Of a stretch of 64,000 nucleotides of DNA, positions 49,718 through 63,063 are shown piece after piece (position 1 is the first letter of the stretch; each line of letters begins with the position of its first letter). The stretch comes from Chlorobiaceae bacterium (GTDB lineage: Bacteria > Bacteroidota > Chlorobiia > Chlorobiales > Chlorobiaceae), in NCBI GenBank assembly GCA_013334335.1, contig JAAXXR010000001.1, positions 33,688 through 97,687 on the forward strand. Reading direction: 5' to 3'. The notes under the pieces are model-generated. The model ran no database searches. It was not told the DNA's origin and worked only from the letters and a program-made list of their open reading frames with translations. A program made the position numbers and the translations under genes.

Positions 49718-51193
49718 ATGAGCAATTCCGATCAACAGCGGGTGCAGAATCAGTCTCTCTCGCCCGATAAAGTCATGCATAAACTGGTCTCGCTGGCCAA
49801 ACGACGCGGGTTCATCTTCCCGTCGTCCGAAATCTACGGAGGCCTCTCCTCCTGCTTCGATTACGGACCGCTCGGCAGCGAAATGAAAAAGAACCTCAAG
49901 GATCTCTGGTGGAACTCGATGACCCGTCGTCACCAGAACATCGTGGGTATCGACGCCTCCATCATGATGAACCCGACCGTCTGGGAGGCTTCGGGGCACG
50001 TGGCGAGCTTCAACGATCCGATGATCGACGACCGCACCACCAAGCGCCGCTACCGGGCGGACCACCTGATCGAAAACCATATCGGCAAACTCATGCGAGA
50101 CGGGAAGGCGACTGAAGCCGAGGCCGTGAAGGTTGCTTACGAGGCTGCGGCAGGCACCGGCGATCCGAACCGCGCCCTCTACGACATCATCGTCGCCGAG
50201 GGGATCAAGGCACCGGACACCGGTTCTGGCGACTGGACCGAGGTCCGGCAGTTCAACCTGATGTTCCAGTGCAACATGGGCGCCGTGGCGGAGTCGGCCG
50301 GCGTCGTCTACCTTCGTCCGGAGACCGCCCAGGGGATCTTCGTGAACTTCCACAACGTCCGCGAAGCCTCCCGCATGAAGGTGCCGTTCGGTATCGCACA
50401 GATCGGCAAGGCATTCCGGAACGAGATCGTGAAGGGGAACTTCATCTTCCGCATGGTCGAGTTCGAGCAGATGGAGATGCAGTACTTCCTGAAACCCGGC
50501 AGCCAGCTCGAGGCGTTCGAAGCATGGAGGGAGGAGCGCTTCAACTGGTACACCGAGACGCTCGGCATCAGCCGTCAGAAGCTGCACTGGTACCGGCACG
50601 ACAAGCTGGCCCACTACGCTGATCTCGCCTACGACATCAAGTTCGAGTTCCCGTTTGGCATCGAGGAGATCGAAGGTATCCACTCGAGGACCGATTTCGA
50701 CCTGAGCCAGCATCAGCAGTACTCGGGCAAAAACATGGAGTACATCGACCAGACGACCGGCGAGCGCTATATCCCCTATGTGGTCGAAACATCGGCCGGA
50801 GCGGATCGCGTGTTTCTCGCCCTGCTCTCCGACGCTTACCGTGAGGATGTGGTGGATGGCGAGCCCCGGGTGATGCTGCAGCTCTCGCCCTGCGTGGCTC
50901 CGGTAAAGGCGGCCGTGCTCCCGCTGATGAAGAAGGGGGAGATGGGTGAGAAGGCCTCGCAGCTCTGCGAGGAGCTGTCGAAGAACTTCCTCGTCCAGTA
51001 CGACGACGCGGCCTCCATCGGCAAGCGCTACCGCCGCCAGGACGAGATCGGCACGCCATTCTGCTTCACGGTCGACCACCAGACGATCGAGGATGGCACG
51101 CTGACGGTCCGGTACCGGGACACGGCTTCGCAGGAGCGGATCGACCTGTCGAAGGCCGGTGAGTTCCTTGCAGCAAGCCTGCTGAAGGCGTGA
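49718..51193 (+). CDS. glyQS: Glycine--tRNA ligase (homodimeric GlyQS type)
   Basis: 491 aa. [14 protein letters not shown] start region and class II motifs. Confidence 0.92.
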   Translation: MSNSDQQRVQNQSLSPDKVMHKLVSLAKRRGFIFPSSEIYGGLSSCFDYGPLGSEMKKNLKDLWWNSMTRRHQNIVGIDASIMMNPTVWEASGHVASFNDPMIDDRTTKRRYRADHLIENHIGKLMRDGKATEAEAVKVAYEAAAGTGDPNRALYDIIVAEGIKAPDTGSGDWTEVRQFNLMFQCNMGAVAESAGVVYLRPETAQGIFVNFHNVREASRMKVPFGIAQIGKAFRNEIVKGNFIFRMVEFEQMEMQYFLKPGSQLEAFEAWREERFNWYTETLGISRQKLHWYRHDKLAHYADLAYDIKFEFPFGIEEIEGIHSRTDFDLSQHQQYSGKNMEYIDQTTGERYIPYVVETSAGADRVFLALLSDAYREDVVDGEPRVMLQLSPCVAPVKAAVLPLMKKGEMGEKASQLCEELSKNFLVQYDDAASIGKRYRRQDEIGTPFCFTVDHQTIEDGTLTVRYRDTASQERIDLSKAGEFLAASLLKA

Positions 51194-51221
51194 TCAACCA
51201 TTATTACCTTTGCCGAGAACC

Positions 51222-52361
51222 ATGCGTTACGATGTAGCTATCATAGGAGGGGGGCCGTCAGGCTCCGTGGCCGCCGCAGAGCTGGCCAGGTCAGGAGTGT
51301 CGACCATACTCATCGAAAGGAACCTCTCGAACGTCAAGCCCTGTGGCGGAGCCATCCCCCTTGGGCTTATCGAGGAGTTCTCCATCCCCGACCATCTGGT
51401 CGAAAAGAAGCTGTCGAAGATGAGCGTGCGCTCGCCGAACGGGCGCACCATCTCGATGCGCATGCCGAACGGATTTGTGGGCATGGTCAGGAGAGAGCGT
51501 TTTGACAGCTACCTCAGGGAGCTGGCCGCAAGCGCAGGAGCCACCATCACGGAGGCACTTGTCAAAAAGATCGACCGTTCATCGGACCGCTTCACCATCC
51601 ACCTTTCCAGAGATCTTCCTCCGGTCGAGGCGTCGTATGTCATCGGCGCCGACGGCGCGAACTCGAAGACGGCCACGGAGCTGGGCTTCCCGCCGAACGA
51701 CCTCAAGGTGATCGCCATGCAGCAGCGCTTCCACTACTGCGACGCGCTCAAACCGTATGAAGAACTGGTGGAGATCTGGTTCGACGGTGAAGTTTCACCC
51801 GACTTCTACGGTTGGATCTTCCCCAAAACCGACCATATCGCCATCGGGACCGGCACCGAAGAGCACCGGCACAACGTGAAGCATCTGCAGCGACGGTTCG
51901 TCGAGAAAATCGGCATCACCCAAACGCCCTATCTGGACGAAGCGGCGAAAATACCCATGAAACCCCGCCGTTCCTTTACCCAGGACCGGGCCATTCTGGT
52001 CGGCGATGCCGCCGGGCTGGTTACGCCGGCCAACGGAGAGGGAATCTTCTTCGCCATGCGCTCCGGCAAGCTCGGCGCCCAGGCGATGATCGACAGGATC
52101 CGTTATCAGAAACCGCTGGCAATGTACGAAAAAACTTTCCGGAGCCTCTACGCCCCGATCTTCTTCGGCCTCCAGGTCCTGCAGGCGGTTTACTATAGAA
52201 ACGACCGCCTGCGCGAGAGCTTCGTCGCCATCTGTGAAGACCGGGACGTCCAGGAGATCACCTTCGACTCCTACCTGTACAAGAAGATGGTTCCTGCGCC
52301 GTGGAGCGTGCAGATGAAGATCATGGCCAAGAACATCTATCACCTCGCAAAGGGAAGCTGA
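51222..52361 (+). CDS. bchP: Geranylgeranyl diphosphate/bacteriochlorophyllide reductase
   Basis: [16 protein letters not shown] motif, ChlP/BchP-like length. The TTG at 51210 was rejected in favour of ATG 51222. Confidence 0.85.
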   Translation: MRYDVAIIGGGPSGSVAAAELARSGVSTILIERNLSNVKPCGGAIPLGLIEEFSIPDHLVEKKLSKMSVRSPNGRTISMRMPNGFVGMVRRERFDSYLRELAASAGATITEALVKKIDRSSDRFTIHLSRDLPPVEASYVIGADGANSKTATELGFPPNDLKVIAMQQRFHYCDALKPYEELVEIWFDGEVSPDFYGWIFPKTDHIAIGTGTEEHRHNVKHLQRRFVEKIGITQTPYLDEAAKIPMKPRRSFTQDRAILVGDAAGLVTPANGEGIFFAMRSGKLGAQAMIDRIRYQKPLAMYEKTFRSLYAPIFFGLQVLQAVYYRNDRLRESFVAICEDRDVQEITFDSYLYKKMVPAPWSVQMKIMAKNIYHLAKGS

Positions 52362-53045
52362 ATGCTGCTTTCACCCCTGAACTGGGTCATCCACATTTTT
52401 TCGTCACTCGAATGGGGCGTGGCGATCGTCTTGCTCTACCGTTACGGAAAGATCGTCGACCGTGGCGACATACGACGTTTCGCGCTCTTCATGATCCCCC
52501 ACTGGACCGGCAGCTGGTTCGTGCTCGGCTACCACGTGGGCGGCGACACGATACCGCTGCTGCTCGACATGTCCGAGCTGGTGAACCTGGTGGGAAGCGT
52601 GTCGCTCCTGTATGCGACCATCTCGATCCTGAAACGCTCCGAATCCCGGACGGCGACACTCATGGGCGCGCTCTTCGGCGCGATGGCCGTCGGCGGCCGG
52701 CCCCAGTCCTACATGGGCAACGACGTGTTCGACGCCATCCTGCAAGTGTCGAGCGTCGTCTACCTGGCGTTCCTGGTGCTGCTGCTCCGGGTGAGAAAAA
52801 ATGACCCCGAGGCCTTCTCGGGACTGACGGTCTTCGGATTCTGGTTCGTGCTGGTGTTCATCTCGGTGACCATCTTCTGCATGTACCTGGCGACCGAAGT
52901 CCGGGGCTATCCGACGCTCTCGCACGACAACCTGCTGCATGGTCTGGCCGAAAGCCTGCTCAGCGTGAGCAACCTCCTTATCGTCCTCGGCATCCACCGG
53001 CAGATCCGGCGGGTGACGAGGAACTCGGGGATCGAGACCTCGTGA
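52362..53045 (+). CDS. Membrane protein, N-terminus Ycf49/DUF2499-like (assignment from memory)
   Basis: LSPLNWVIHIFSSLEWGVAIVLLYRYG resembles the DUF2499 signature. About 6 TM. Its ATG abuts the bchP TGA (TGAATG). Confidence 0.5.
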   Translation: MLLSPLNWVIHIFSSLEWGVAIVLLYRYGKIVDRGDIRRFALFMIPHWTGSWFVLGYHVGGDTIPLLLDMSELVNLVGSVSLLYATISILKRSESRTATLMGALFGAMAVGGRPQSYMGNDVFDAILQVSSVVYLAFLVLLLRVRKNDPEAFSGLTVFGFWFVLVFISVTIFCMYLATEVRGYPTLSHDNLLHGLAESLLSVSNLLIVLGIHRQIRRVTRNSGIETS

Positions 53046-53130
53046 CCGGTGACGCGTGACGCGGAACCCTGGACAGGGAAGCGGTGACGAGGGGCGAGGG
53101 AAGTTGGGGATCGCGTCACGGCTATTCACC

Positions 53131-54846
53131 TCACGGGCGGAGCAGGGCGCGGTAGCTGTTGGTATCTTCGAGAAGTGAAAAGGCCTTCCGGGCTACCGGG
53201 TCCTCCTCGATCGCGGACCGCCTGGCAGCCAGTTCGTCGTAGTGGCGGATGACCTCACGCCTGACCGCCGCAGTAACCTGCAGCGAATCCCGGGCTATGG
53301 CAGACGTTGCTTTCTGGGCAAGGTCCCTTTCGAGATCACCAAGCCGCGAAGAGAACCGCTCGCCGTCCGCCCCATATTCCTTCCGCATCACCACGTTCAG
53401 ACTGTCGAGCATCCGCTGTGAACGGGAAGTGTAGGAAAATCGCTCGTCGGCGACAAACCTCTTGAACGCTCCGAACAGGTGCCCCCCCTGCAAATCAGGC
53501 TCACGAAGCTGAGCGTGATCGGCCACATAATGGTTCGCAAACCTGAAAAACATCCCTTTCCGGTCGAGCGCGTGGATATAACCGGAACGTTCAGGGGCAC
53601 GGACAACGATGTCGGGACGGATGCCGCCCCCACCGTAGACCTTGCGCCGTCGAGAGGTGAAAAACACTTTCGTCGAGTCATAGGGGGCCTGGACCGCAAG
53701 CACGTTCCTTGAGCCCTCCTCCCGCCTGATTGGCTTCTGGATAAGACGTCCCGAAGGGGTATAGTATTTCGCAGTGGTCAGTTTGAGCACATGATCATAG
53801 GGCAGCGGAATGACCGACTGGACCAGCCCCTTGCCAAACGACCCCTCGCCGACGATGACGCCGCGATCGAGCTCCTGGATGGCTCCTGCGACAATTTCTG
53901 ACGCCGAAGCGCTATCCCCGTCAATGAGCACCGCAAGCGGAAGCCGTGGCTCCACCGGCGTGATTCTGGTGGCATAGACCTGGCCGGAATCCCCGCTCCC
54001 TCCTCTGGTGGAGACGACCGTGCTGCCTTTTTCAAGAAATACCCCGGCAACATCGACCGCCGTAGAAAGCAGGCCCCCGGGATTTCCACGAAGATCAAGC
54101 ACAATGCCGCTCAAGGGTCGCTTGCGTACAGAAGCCTGCTGCCGGAGCGAAAGCAGGGCCGCTCGGAGCTCTTCGGCGGTTCGCTCACCGAAACTCTCCA
54201 TACCGACATACCCTGTTGATCCGAACAGGCCGGAGTAGCTGATCGTACTGACCCTGACTTCCGAGCGTGACAGGGTGTAGTCACGAACGCCACGAATGCC
54301 GTTCCTTGCAATACCGAGCCGTACGGAAGAGCCGGACACCCCCTTGATGAGCGCCCTCACCTCGTCGATCGACTGCTTTCTGACCTTCACGCCATTGACC
54401 GTGACGATCCGGTCTCCGATGCGAATGCCGGCCTTTGAGGCCGCATTGCCCTGGATCACCGACATGATGTAGAGTTCGTCTGAAATGAGGCTGATCGTTA
54501 TGCCGATGCCGGCATATTGGCCGGTGGTGAGCTCATCGAGCTCTGCGGATTCAGATTCATCCAGGAGCGCCGTATAGGGATCAAGTTGGTCGAGCATGCC
54601 GTCGATTCCGGAATACATCAGCTGGCTGACATCGACAGGATCGACATAGTTTTCCTTCACCTCGCGATACACTTCGCCGAGCAGTTCGATACTCCGGCCA
54701 GCTGCGAAGTAGTCCGCACTCGATGACTGGGCCGAGACCGCTTCCGGAGGAGCCGCAAGGACAAGCACGGACAAGGCGGCGACCGCCGCAGCGGACCGTT
54801 TCCACCGGCGCAGTGCCGGTGAGGGTCTCCGTTGGCGGAAGTTCAT
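53131..54846 (-). CDS. ctp: S41 C-terminal processing peptidase with PDZ domain
   Basis: PDZ region (GDRIVTVNG) and the DLRGNPGGLL S41 motif. Confidence 0.88.
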   Translation of the reverse strand: MNFRQRRPSPALRRWKRSAAAVAALSVLVLAAPPEAVSAQSSSADYFAAGRSIELLGEVYREVKENYVDPVDVSQLMYSGIDGMLDQLDPYTALLDESESAELDELTTGQYAGIGITISLISDELYIMSVIQGNAASKAGIRIGDRIVTVNGVKVRKQSIDEVRALIKGVSGSSVRLGIARNGIRGVRDYTLSRSEVRVSTISYSGLFGSTGYVGMESFGERTAEELRAALLSLRQQASVRKRPLSGIVLDLRGNPGGLLSTAVDVAGVFLEKGSTVVSTRGGSGDSGQVYATRITPVEPRLPLAVLIDGDSASASEIVAGAIQELDRGVIVGEGSFGKGLVQSVIPLPYDHVLKLTTAKYYTPSGRLIQKPIRREEGSRNVLAVQAPYDSTKVFFTSRRRKVYGGGGIRPDIVVRAPERSGYIHALDRKGMFFRFANHYVADHAQLREPDLQGGHLFGAFKRFVADERFSYTSRSQRMLDSLNVVMRKEYGADGERFSSRLGDLERDLAQKATSAIARDSLQVTAAVRREVIRHYDELAARRSAIEEDPVARKAFSLLEDTNSYRALLRP

Positions 54847-55706
54847 TATCTGAGCGCGCTTTCGAGTGCCGTGGCGCTGTCGGTCCGCTCATCGCGATAC
54901 TTGACGATGAGCGGAGTGTAGATGGAGAGGCCGTGTTCGGCGGCAAATGCCCCTTTTGCCTGGCGAGAACCGGCAATCACCACCGCCCCCTCAGGGATAA
55001 CCAGTGGCGAATCGGCCGTCTTTCTGAGGATGACGCCATTCACCAGGTCGTAGACCGGCGTCGAACCGTTCAGGATGACGCCGGTGCCGATCACGGCCCG
55101 CTTCCTGACGATCGTCCCTTCGTAAATGCCGCAGTTCCCCCCGACCATGACCTCGTCCTCGATGATGACGGGCATGGCTCCGATAGGCTCGAGCACACCA
55201 CCGACCTGAACGCCGGCCGAAAGATGCACCTTTTTGCCGACCTGGGCACAGCTGCCCACCAGGGCATGGGAATCGATCATGGTTCCCTCGTCGACCCAGC
55301 CTCCGACATTGACGTATGAGGGAGGCATCATGACTACCGTTGGGGCCAGCCAGGCACCATCGCGAACCGAAGAGCCTCCGGGAACGATGCGGACATTATG
55401 GGCCGCGCTGAAGTGACGGAGCGGCCAGGTGTCCTTGTCGATGAAGGAGAAGCTGCTGCCGCCGGCAAGCTCAACATGGCTTTCGACCAGCACGCCCAGG
55501 CGCATGCCGATGAGGATCCCCTGCTTTACCCACTGGTTGACGCACCAGCCGCCGTTCAATGGTTCGGCCGCGCGGATCCGGCCCTCGTTGAGCAGCGCCT
55601 TGAACTGCCCGAAAATCTCCCGGACTTTCGGGTCTGCCTTGAGCTGGTCAGCGCTGAATGATGAACGCGCGAGAATATCCTCTTGTATCTGCTGATACTG
55701 TTCCAT
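54846..55706 (-). CDS. dapD: Tetrahydrodipicolinate N-succinyltransferase
   Basis: Hexapeptide-repeat C-terminal half and a DapD-type N-domain. Its stop overlaps the ctp ATG by 1 nt. Confidence 0.8.
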   Translation of the reverse strand: MEQYQQIQEDILARSSFSADQLKADPKVREIFGQFKALLNEGRIRAAEPLNGGWCVNQWVKQGILIGMRLGVLVESHVELAGGSSFSFIDKDTWPLRHFSAAHNVRIVPGGSSVRDGAWLAPTVVMMPPSYVNVGGWVDEGTMIDSHALVGSCAQVGKKVHLSAGVQVGGVLEPIGAMPVIIEDEVMVGGNCGIYEGTIVRKRAVIGTGVILNGSTPVYDLVNGVILRKTADSPLVIPEGAVVIAGSRQAKGAFAAEHGLSIYTPLIVKYRDERTDSATALESALR

Positions 55707-55724
55707 GGTACTTCGTTTGCTTTG

Positions 55725-57416
55725 TCAATTGTATTCTGCGGTGATATCGGCACCCGCCTTCCTGGTGTAGAAACGGAAATCGTCGCTGCGCAGGCTCTCG
55801 TCGGCCTTGATGCTGACGAAGACCAGGTGCTGGAGAAACCATTTCAGCTCGGTCTTCATGTCGCTGTTTCGCATGGGTTCAAGCACCGTCGGGCTGACGT
55901 GGAGGTCGAGCTGCTGGAACTTCGCCTTCGGCTGCAGGGCGTATTTCCTGAGCCACCGCTCAATCTGGTTGATGGTCGTGAACCGTGCCTGCACGACGCC
56001 GGTGCCGCCGCAGGCCGGGCACTGGTCGCCCATGCGTTGCATGAGGCTGGGGCGGATACGCTCGCGGGTGATCTGCATGATGCCGAAATCGGAGAGCGGC
56101 AGGATATTGGACTTCGCCCGGTCGTTTCGAAGCTCGGTTTTCATCGCGTCGTACACCTTCTTGGAGTTCTTCGGGTCGATCATGTCGATGAAGTCGACCA
56201 CGATGATACCGCCGATGTCGCGCAGCCTGAGCTGGCGGACGACCTCGCGCGCAGCCTCGAGGTTGGTCTTCAGCGAGTTCTCCTCCTGCTCGCGCTTGGC
56301 TGCGTAGCGGCCGCTGTTGACGTCCACCACCACCATGGCCTCGGTGTGCTCGATGATGATGTAACCACCGGACTTGAGCCAGACTTTGCGGGAAAAGATC
56401 GACTCGACATCCTTGGCGATGCCATAGCCCTCGAAAAGCGGCAGCTTGCCCTGGTGGAGCGAAACGTTCTTGACCATCTCCGGTGCGGCCCACTGGATGT
56501 AATTGAGTGTCTCGGTGTAGATTGAGTTCGAATTGGCCACGATCTCGGTAACATCAGAGGTCAGGGAGTCGCGGAGCACGCTTGAAATGATGGTGTCTTC
56601 CTTGAAAATGAGCTGGGGAGGCTTTGCGTCCTGCAGTTTCTGTTCGATCTGCGTCCACTTGGCCAGGAGTTTTTCGAGATCCTGCTTCAGGAGCGTCTCC
56701 TCCTGGTCCTCGGCAACGGTACGGATGATCGCACCGAAACCCTCGGGAAGCATGGATCGCACGAGCTTCTTCAGTCGGGCACGCTCCTTGCGGGAAACGA
56801 CCCGCCGTGAAACCGCGATCTGGCCGCCACCGAAAGGCAGGAGCACCATGAAGCGTCCGGCAATGGTGATGTCCGAGGTGAGCCGGGAGCCCTTGTTGCT
56901 GATCGGCTCCTTGATGACCTGCACGAGAATGGAGTCGTTCGGTTTCAGCTTGCTGGCGATCATCTGGGTATAGGACTGACGGCGCGCCTCAGCTTCCTTG
57001 GCGGTCGCAGGCCTCGGTTCGCCTTTACCGGGACCGGTTGGACGGGCCGGCTCCCTCGATGGGGCGGCAATGGTGTTCACCCCATCCTCGTCACCCTCGT
57101 CGTCGCCCGCGTCACCCTCGTCGGCGCCTGATTCGTCGTCATCGTCGTCCTCGATCAGCGCCCGGTAGTCATCGCTGGTCGTGCCGACATCGGAAAAATG
57201 GAGAAACCCGTCCGACTTCTGGCCAATATCGACAAATGCCGCTTTCAGGCCTTCGACCACTTTATGCACCCGCCCAAGATAGATATCCCCGATGCTCCTC
57301 ATGCTTTCGGGGCGTTCGATGATCAGCTCAGCAAGACGGCCCTCCTCGACCAGCGCAACCTGGATCTCGTCGCCGATCTTGTTCATCAGGAGCTGCTTCT
57401 TCACATTCTTCTTCAT
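55725..57416 (-). CDS. rng: Ribonuclease E/G family (Rng-like)
   Basis: S1 domain ([21 protein letters not shown]) and an RNase E/G catalytic core (DVNSG, DFIDM). Confidence 0.88.
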   Translation of the reverse strand: MKKNVKKQLLMNKIGDEIQVALVEEGRLAELIIERPESMRSIGDIYLGRVHKVVEGLKAAFVDIGQKSDGFLHFSDVGTTSDDYRALIEDDDDDESGADEGDAGDDEGDEDGVNTIAAPSREPARPTGPGKGEPRPATAKEAEARRQSYTQMIASKLKPNDSILVQVIKEPISNKGSRLTSDITIAGRFMVLLPFGGGQIAVSRRVVSRKERARLKKLVRSMLPEGFGAIIRTVAEDQEETLLKQDLEKLLAKWTQIEQKLQDAKPPQLIFKEDTIISSVLRDSLTSDVTEIVANSNSIYTETLNYIQWAAPEMVKNVSLHQGKLPLFEGYGIAKDVESIFSRKVWLKSGGYIIIEHTEAMVVVDVNSGRYAAKREQEENSLKTNLEAAREVVRQLRLRDIGGIIVVDFIDMIDPKNSKKVYDAMKTELRNDRAKSNILPLSDFGIMQITRERIRPSLMQRMGDQCPACGGTGVVQARFTTINQIERWLRKYALQPKAKFQQLDLHVSPTVLEPMRNSDMKTELKWFLQHLVFVSIKADESLRSDDFRFYTRKAGADITAEYN

Positions 57417-57557
57417 TACATGCCTTACTATTAAAGGTTATTCCTGCAAAAATATAACATATCGGTGCTTTGTCGGCCGCTTATTTGCTGAACATTTTTG
57501 CCATGCGTCCCATTTTTCGCACCTTGCGGTATCCGTCTCTTCCTAACCATCTCAAAC

Positions 57558-58175
57558 ATGCTCGACACAACCTGGGAACTGCCGTTCTGGAAAGATCTTG
57601 CACGGATCTGCGGCATCGACGAAGCCGGGCGGGGACCGCTTGCGGGACCGGTTGTCGCCGCTGCCGTGGTCTTTCCCCGCAATTACAGGCCCAGGGGCAT
57701 CCTCGAACGGATCGACGACTCAAAGCGGCTGGCCCCCGAACTCCGGAACAAGCTTGCTCCGGCGATCATGGATGTGGCGGACGACTGGGCATTAGGCATC
57801 GTCGACGCCGGAACGATTGACCGCATCAACATCCTGCAGGCGACCATGCTGGCAATGAACCGGGCTGTCGAATCCCTGAACACGCTTCCGCAACTGCTTC
57901 TGGTGGACGGGAACCGGTTCACTCCGTCGCTTCCGTTACCCTTCCGGACCATCGTTCGAGGGGACTCGAAGGTGTTTTCCATCGCGGCCGCCTCGATACT
58001 GGCGAAAACCGGGAGGGACGAAATCATGAGCCGATATGCGCTGGAGTATCCCGGGTATGGCTTCGAGCGGCATTTCGGCTATCCGACAGCACCGCACGTG
58101 GAGGCGATCGCCACTCTCGGTCGATGCGCCATTCACCGGAAGAGCTTCAAGTTACGTAAATTGGGGGAAAAATAA
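57558..58175 (+). CDS. rnhB: Ribonuclease HII
   Basis: [15 protein letters not shown] active-site motif. Confidence 0.9.
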   Translation: MLDTTWELPFWKDLARICGIDEAGRGPLAGPVVAAAVVFPRNYRPRGILERIDDSKRLAPELRNKLAPAIMDVADDWALGIVDAGTIDRINILQATMLAMNRAVESLNTLPQLLLVDGNRFTPSLPLPFRTIVRGDSKVFSIAAASILAKTGRDEIMSRYALEYPGYGFERHFGYPTAPHVEAIATLGRCAIHRKSFKLRKLGEK

Positions 58176-58188
58176 CCCTTTTGACCGC

Positions 58189-60596
<2,408 letters not shown>

Positions 60597-60607
60597 GCTG
60601 GAGACGC

Positions 60608-61936
60608 TCAGTTTTCAGGCATGATCCGAACCATAACCTCTTTCTTCAGCTTCTCAACCCACTCGTCGAACAGCTGCTTCCTTTTCTGGTCCGCCGCCAT
60701 ATTCTCGAGCTTCGTGAAATCCCGCTCGGGAGTAAGGCGGTGGGCATCAACCCTCGAATTCAACTGAAACAAGGCAACGAAGGGTTCGCCAGTTGCTGGT
60801 GTTATCCGTTCAGGCATGCTGATGTCGCCTGCCGCTTTCATCCCGGCGATGATCTTCTGCAACTCGGGCTTGAGCGATGAAAGCTCGAACATCGTGCCTC
60901 CGGTTCCCGAAACCTTGATCACACCGCCCAGCTTGGCCGACAGGGGATCGTCAGAGTACTTCAAGGCCATGTCGGCGAACGTGGCCTTACCGGCAAGGAT
61001 ATCAGCGCGGACAGCGGTGAGCAGTTCGATGGTTCTGGCATAATCTCTCTGGCTCCGGTCGAATCCCGCCAGGATATGACGAACATGAATGCTGTTCCCC
61101 TCCTTTTCAAGCAACTGGATCAGGTGATACCCGAAACGGGTCTCCACCGGCTCTGAGATCTGCCCAGGCTTGAGTGAATAGGCTACCGCCTCGAAGCTCG
61201 GGACCAGTTCGCCTTTGTGCACGAAACCGAGGTCCCCACCGAGGGGGCGCGAGCCGGGATCGTCAGACAGGGCTGTCGCAAGAGCTCCGAAATCCTCCTT
61301 GGCCAAGATTCGCTTCTGGATACCGGTGATCTTGTCCAGCGCGGCGGCCTTCGATGCGGCAGACTCTGCCGGGAACTTGATGATCTGTGAGACCGACACG
61401 CCCTCCGGCACGGGGGCCAGGCGATCCTTCTCCTTTTCGTAGAACGACATGGTCTCCTCATAGGTGACCGTCACATCCTTGACGTGCTTCCGCCTGAGGT
61501 TATCGACGAGTTGCTGCTCGAGGATGTCGTTACGGATATCCTGCTTGAGGCGGCTCGATGGCTTGCCGAAGCGGGCTTCCATATCACCCAGATTCGGGAA
61601 TCCGGACCTGATCGCCGTAAACCGCTCGTTGGCAACCGCATCGACGGCCCCCTCGTCGACCTTGACGCTGTCGATCTTGGCTTTGGTCAGCAGAATTTTC
61701 TGGTCGACAAGATTGTCGAGCAGGCGCTTTCTGAGCTGAGGATCCTTTCTGGATTCAGGATACTGCGAGTGGACCATCAACTCCCGCTCGTCGAGTTCGG
61801 ACTTGAGAATGAGTTCGTTGCCGACGACCGCCACGATACGGTCCGGAAGATCAGCGGCCACGGTCGTCAGCGTCACGCTGGAGGTCAGAAGGGTTGCAAC
61901 AGAAAGGAACGAAACAAGGACTTTTTTCATAACCAT
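60608..61936 (-). CDS. SurA-like periplasmic chaperone / parvulin PPIase
   Basis: Signal peptide, SurA N-domain, one parvulin domain (FGYHLIQ). Confidence 0.8.
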   Translation of the reverse strand: MVMKKVLVSFLSVATLLTSSVTLTTVAADLPDRIVAVVGNELILKSELDERELMVHSQYPESRKDPQLRKRLLDNLVDQKILLTKAKIDSVKVDEGAVDAVANERFTAIRSGFPNLGDMEARFGKPSSRLKQDIRNDILEQQLVDNLRRKHVKDVTVTYEETMSFYEKEKDRLAPVPEGVSVSQIIKFPAESAASKAAALDKITGIQKRILAKEDFGALATALSDDPGSRPLGGDLGFVHKGELVPSFEAVAYSLKPGQISEPVETRFGYHLIQLLEKEGNSIHVRHILAGFDRSQRDYARTIELLTAVRADILAGKATFADMALKYSDDPLSAKLGGVIKVSGTGGTMFELSSLKPELQKIIAGMKAAGDISMPERITPATGEPFVALFQLNSRVDAHRLTPERDFTKLENMAADQKRKQLFDEWVEKLKKEVMVRIMPEN

Positions 61937-62117
61937 CGGAATTTAGCTTGGTGATTACTGGCGCACCCGGCCAGGGGATTCACGTACCTGCGGCGTTGTC
62001 AACATAACATACAGAGAATCTCCGGGCTGGTCAACCGGAGACGCTCGGTATGTTATCTGATGCGGAATAATCGGAATAACGAAACCGCGCCAAAGGGGTG
62101 ACGGGATACGGGCAAGG

Positions 62118-63044
62118 TCATGCGCCGCGGAGTTTGATCGGACTCTTCGATCGCTTCTGCCAATCGAATACAAGGGGCGCGGCGACGAAAATGGATGAAT
62201 AGGTCCCGACAAGAATACCGACAAACATGGCGAAGGCAAAACCGCGGATGGCCGGCCCGGCAAAGATGAACAGCACCAGCACCGACAGCATGGTCGTTCC
62301 CGACGTGATGATGGTGCGGGAAAGCGTCTGGTTCATGCTTTCATTGAAAATGCGCTCGTATTCCGATGGCTTCTGGCCCCTGATCCGTTCGCGGATACGG
62401 TCGTAGACGACCACGGTATCGGTGATCGAGTAACCGGCGATGGTCAGAAACGCCGCGATAATCCCCTGGTCGACCTCGAGGGGCATGAAATCGAACAGAC
62501 CGCCAAGAAGACTGAACAGACCGAGCACCGTCAGCACGTCATGGAAAATGGCGACAACACCGGCGGTCGCAAACTTGTATTCGAAACGGAACCCCACATA
62601 GAGCAGGATACCGACGAGGGCCGCCAGAAGGGCCTTGAGCGCGGCCCACTTCATATCGGCGGCGATGCTCGGCCCAACTGCCTGGATGCTCACCACCTCG
62701 CTCGGATTGCTTTTCAACCGGTCGCCAAGTGAACTGACGATCATGGATTTCAGATCGGCCGTCTCTCCGTGAAAATCCGTGCTGAGCAGCACCGTGTTTT
62801 CCAGACCGTACATCTTGACCGCGCCGTTAACCCCGGCATCTTTCATGATCGAACGGACCATGGCGATATCGACTGTTTTTTCGAAACGGATCACCACCTC
62901 GGCCCCACCCTTGAAATCAAGCCCGTAATTCAGGCCCCGGACCACCAGCGACACCATGCCCGAAACAAGCAGCAACAGTGAGATAGCATATGCTATCCGG
63001 CGATGCTTGATGAAATTGAAATTTGTCTTCTGAAAAATGCGCAT
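62118..63044 (-). CDS. secF: Protein translocase subunit SecF
   Basis: 308 aa, 6 TM, SecF motifs. Confidence 0.9.
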   Translation of the reverse strand: MRIFQKTNFNFIKHRRIAYAISLLLLVSGMVSLVVRGLNYGLDFKGGAEVVIRFEKTVDIAMVRSIMKDAGVNGAVKMYGLENTVLLSTDFHGETADLKSMIVSSLGDRLKSNPSEVVSIQAVGPSIAADMKWAALKALLAALVGILLYVGFRFEYKFATAGVVAIFHDVLTVLGLFSLLGGLFDFMPLEVDQGIIAAFLTIAGYSITDTVVVYDRIRERIRGQKPSEYERIFNESMNQTLSRTIITSGTTMLSVLVLFIFAGPAIRGFAFAMFVGILVGTYSSIFVAAPLVFDWQKRSKSPIKLRGA

Positions 63045-63063
63045 AGCAGCAGATGTATTGAAT

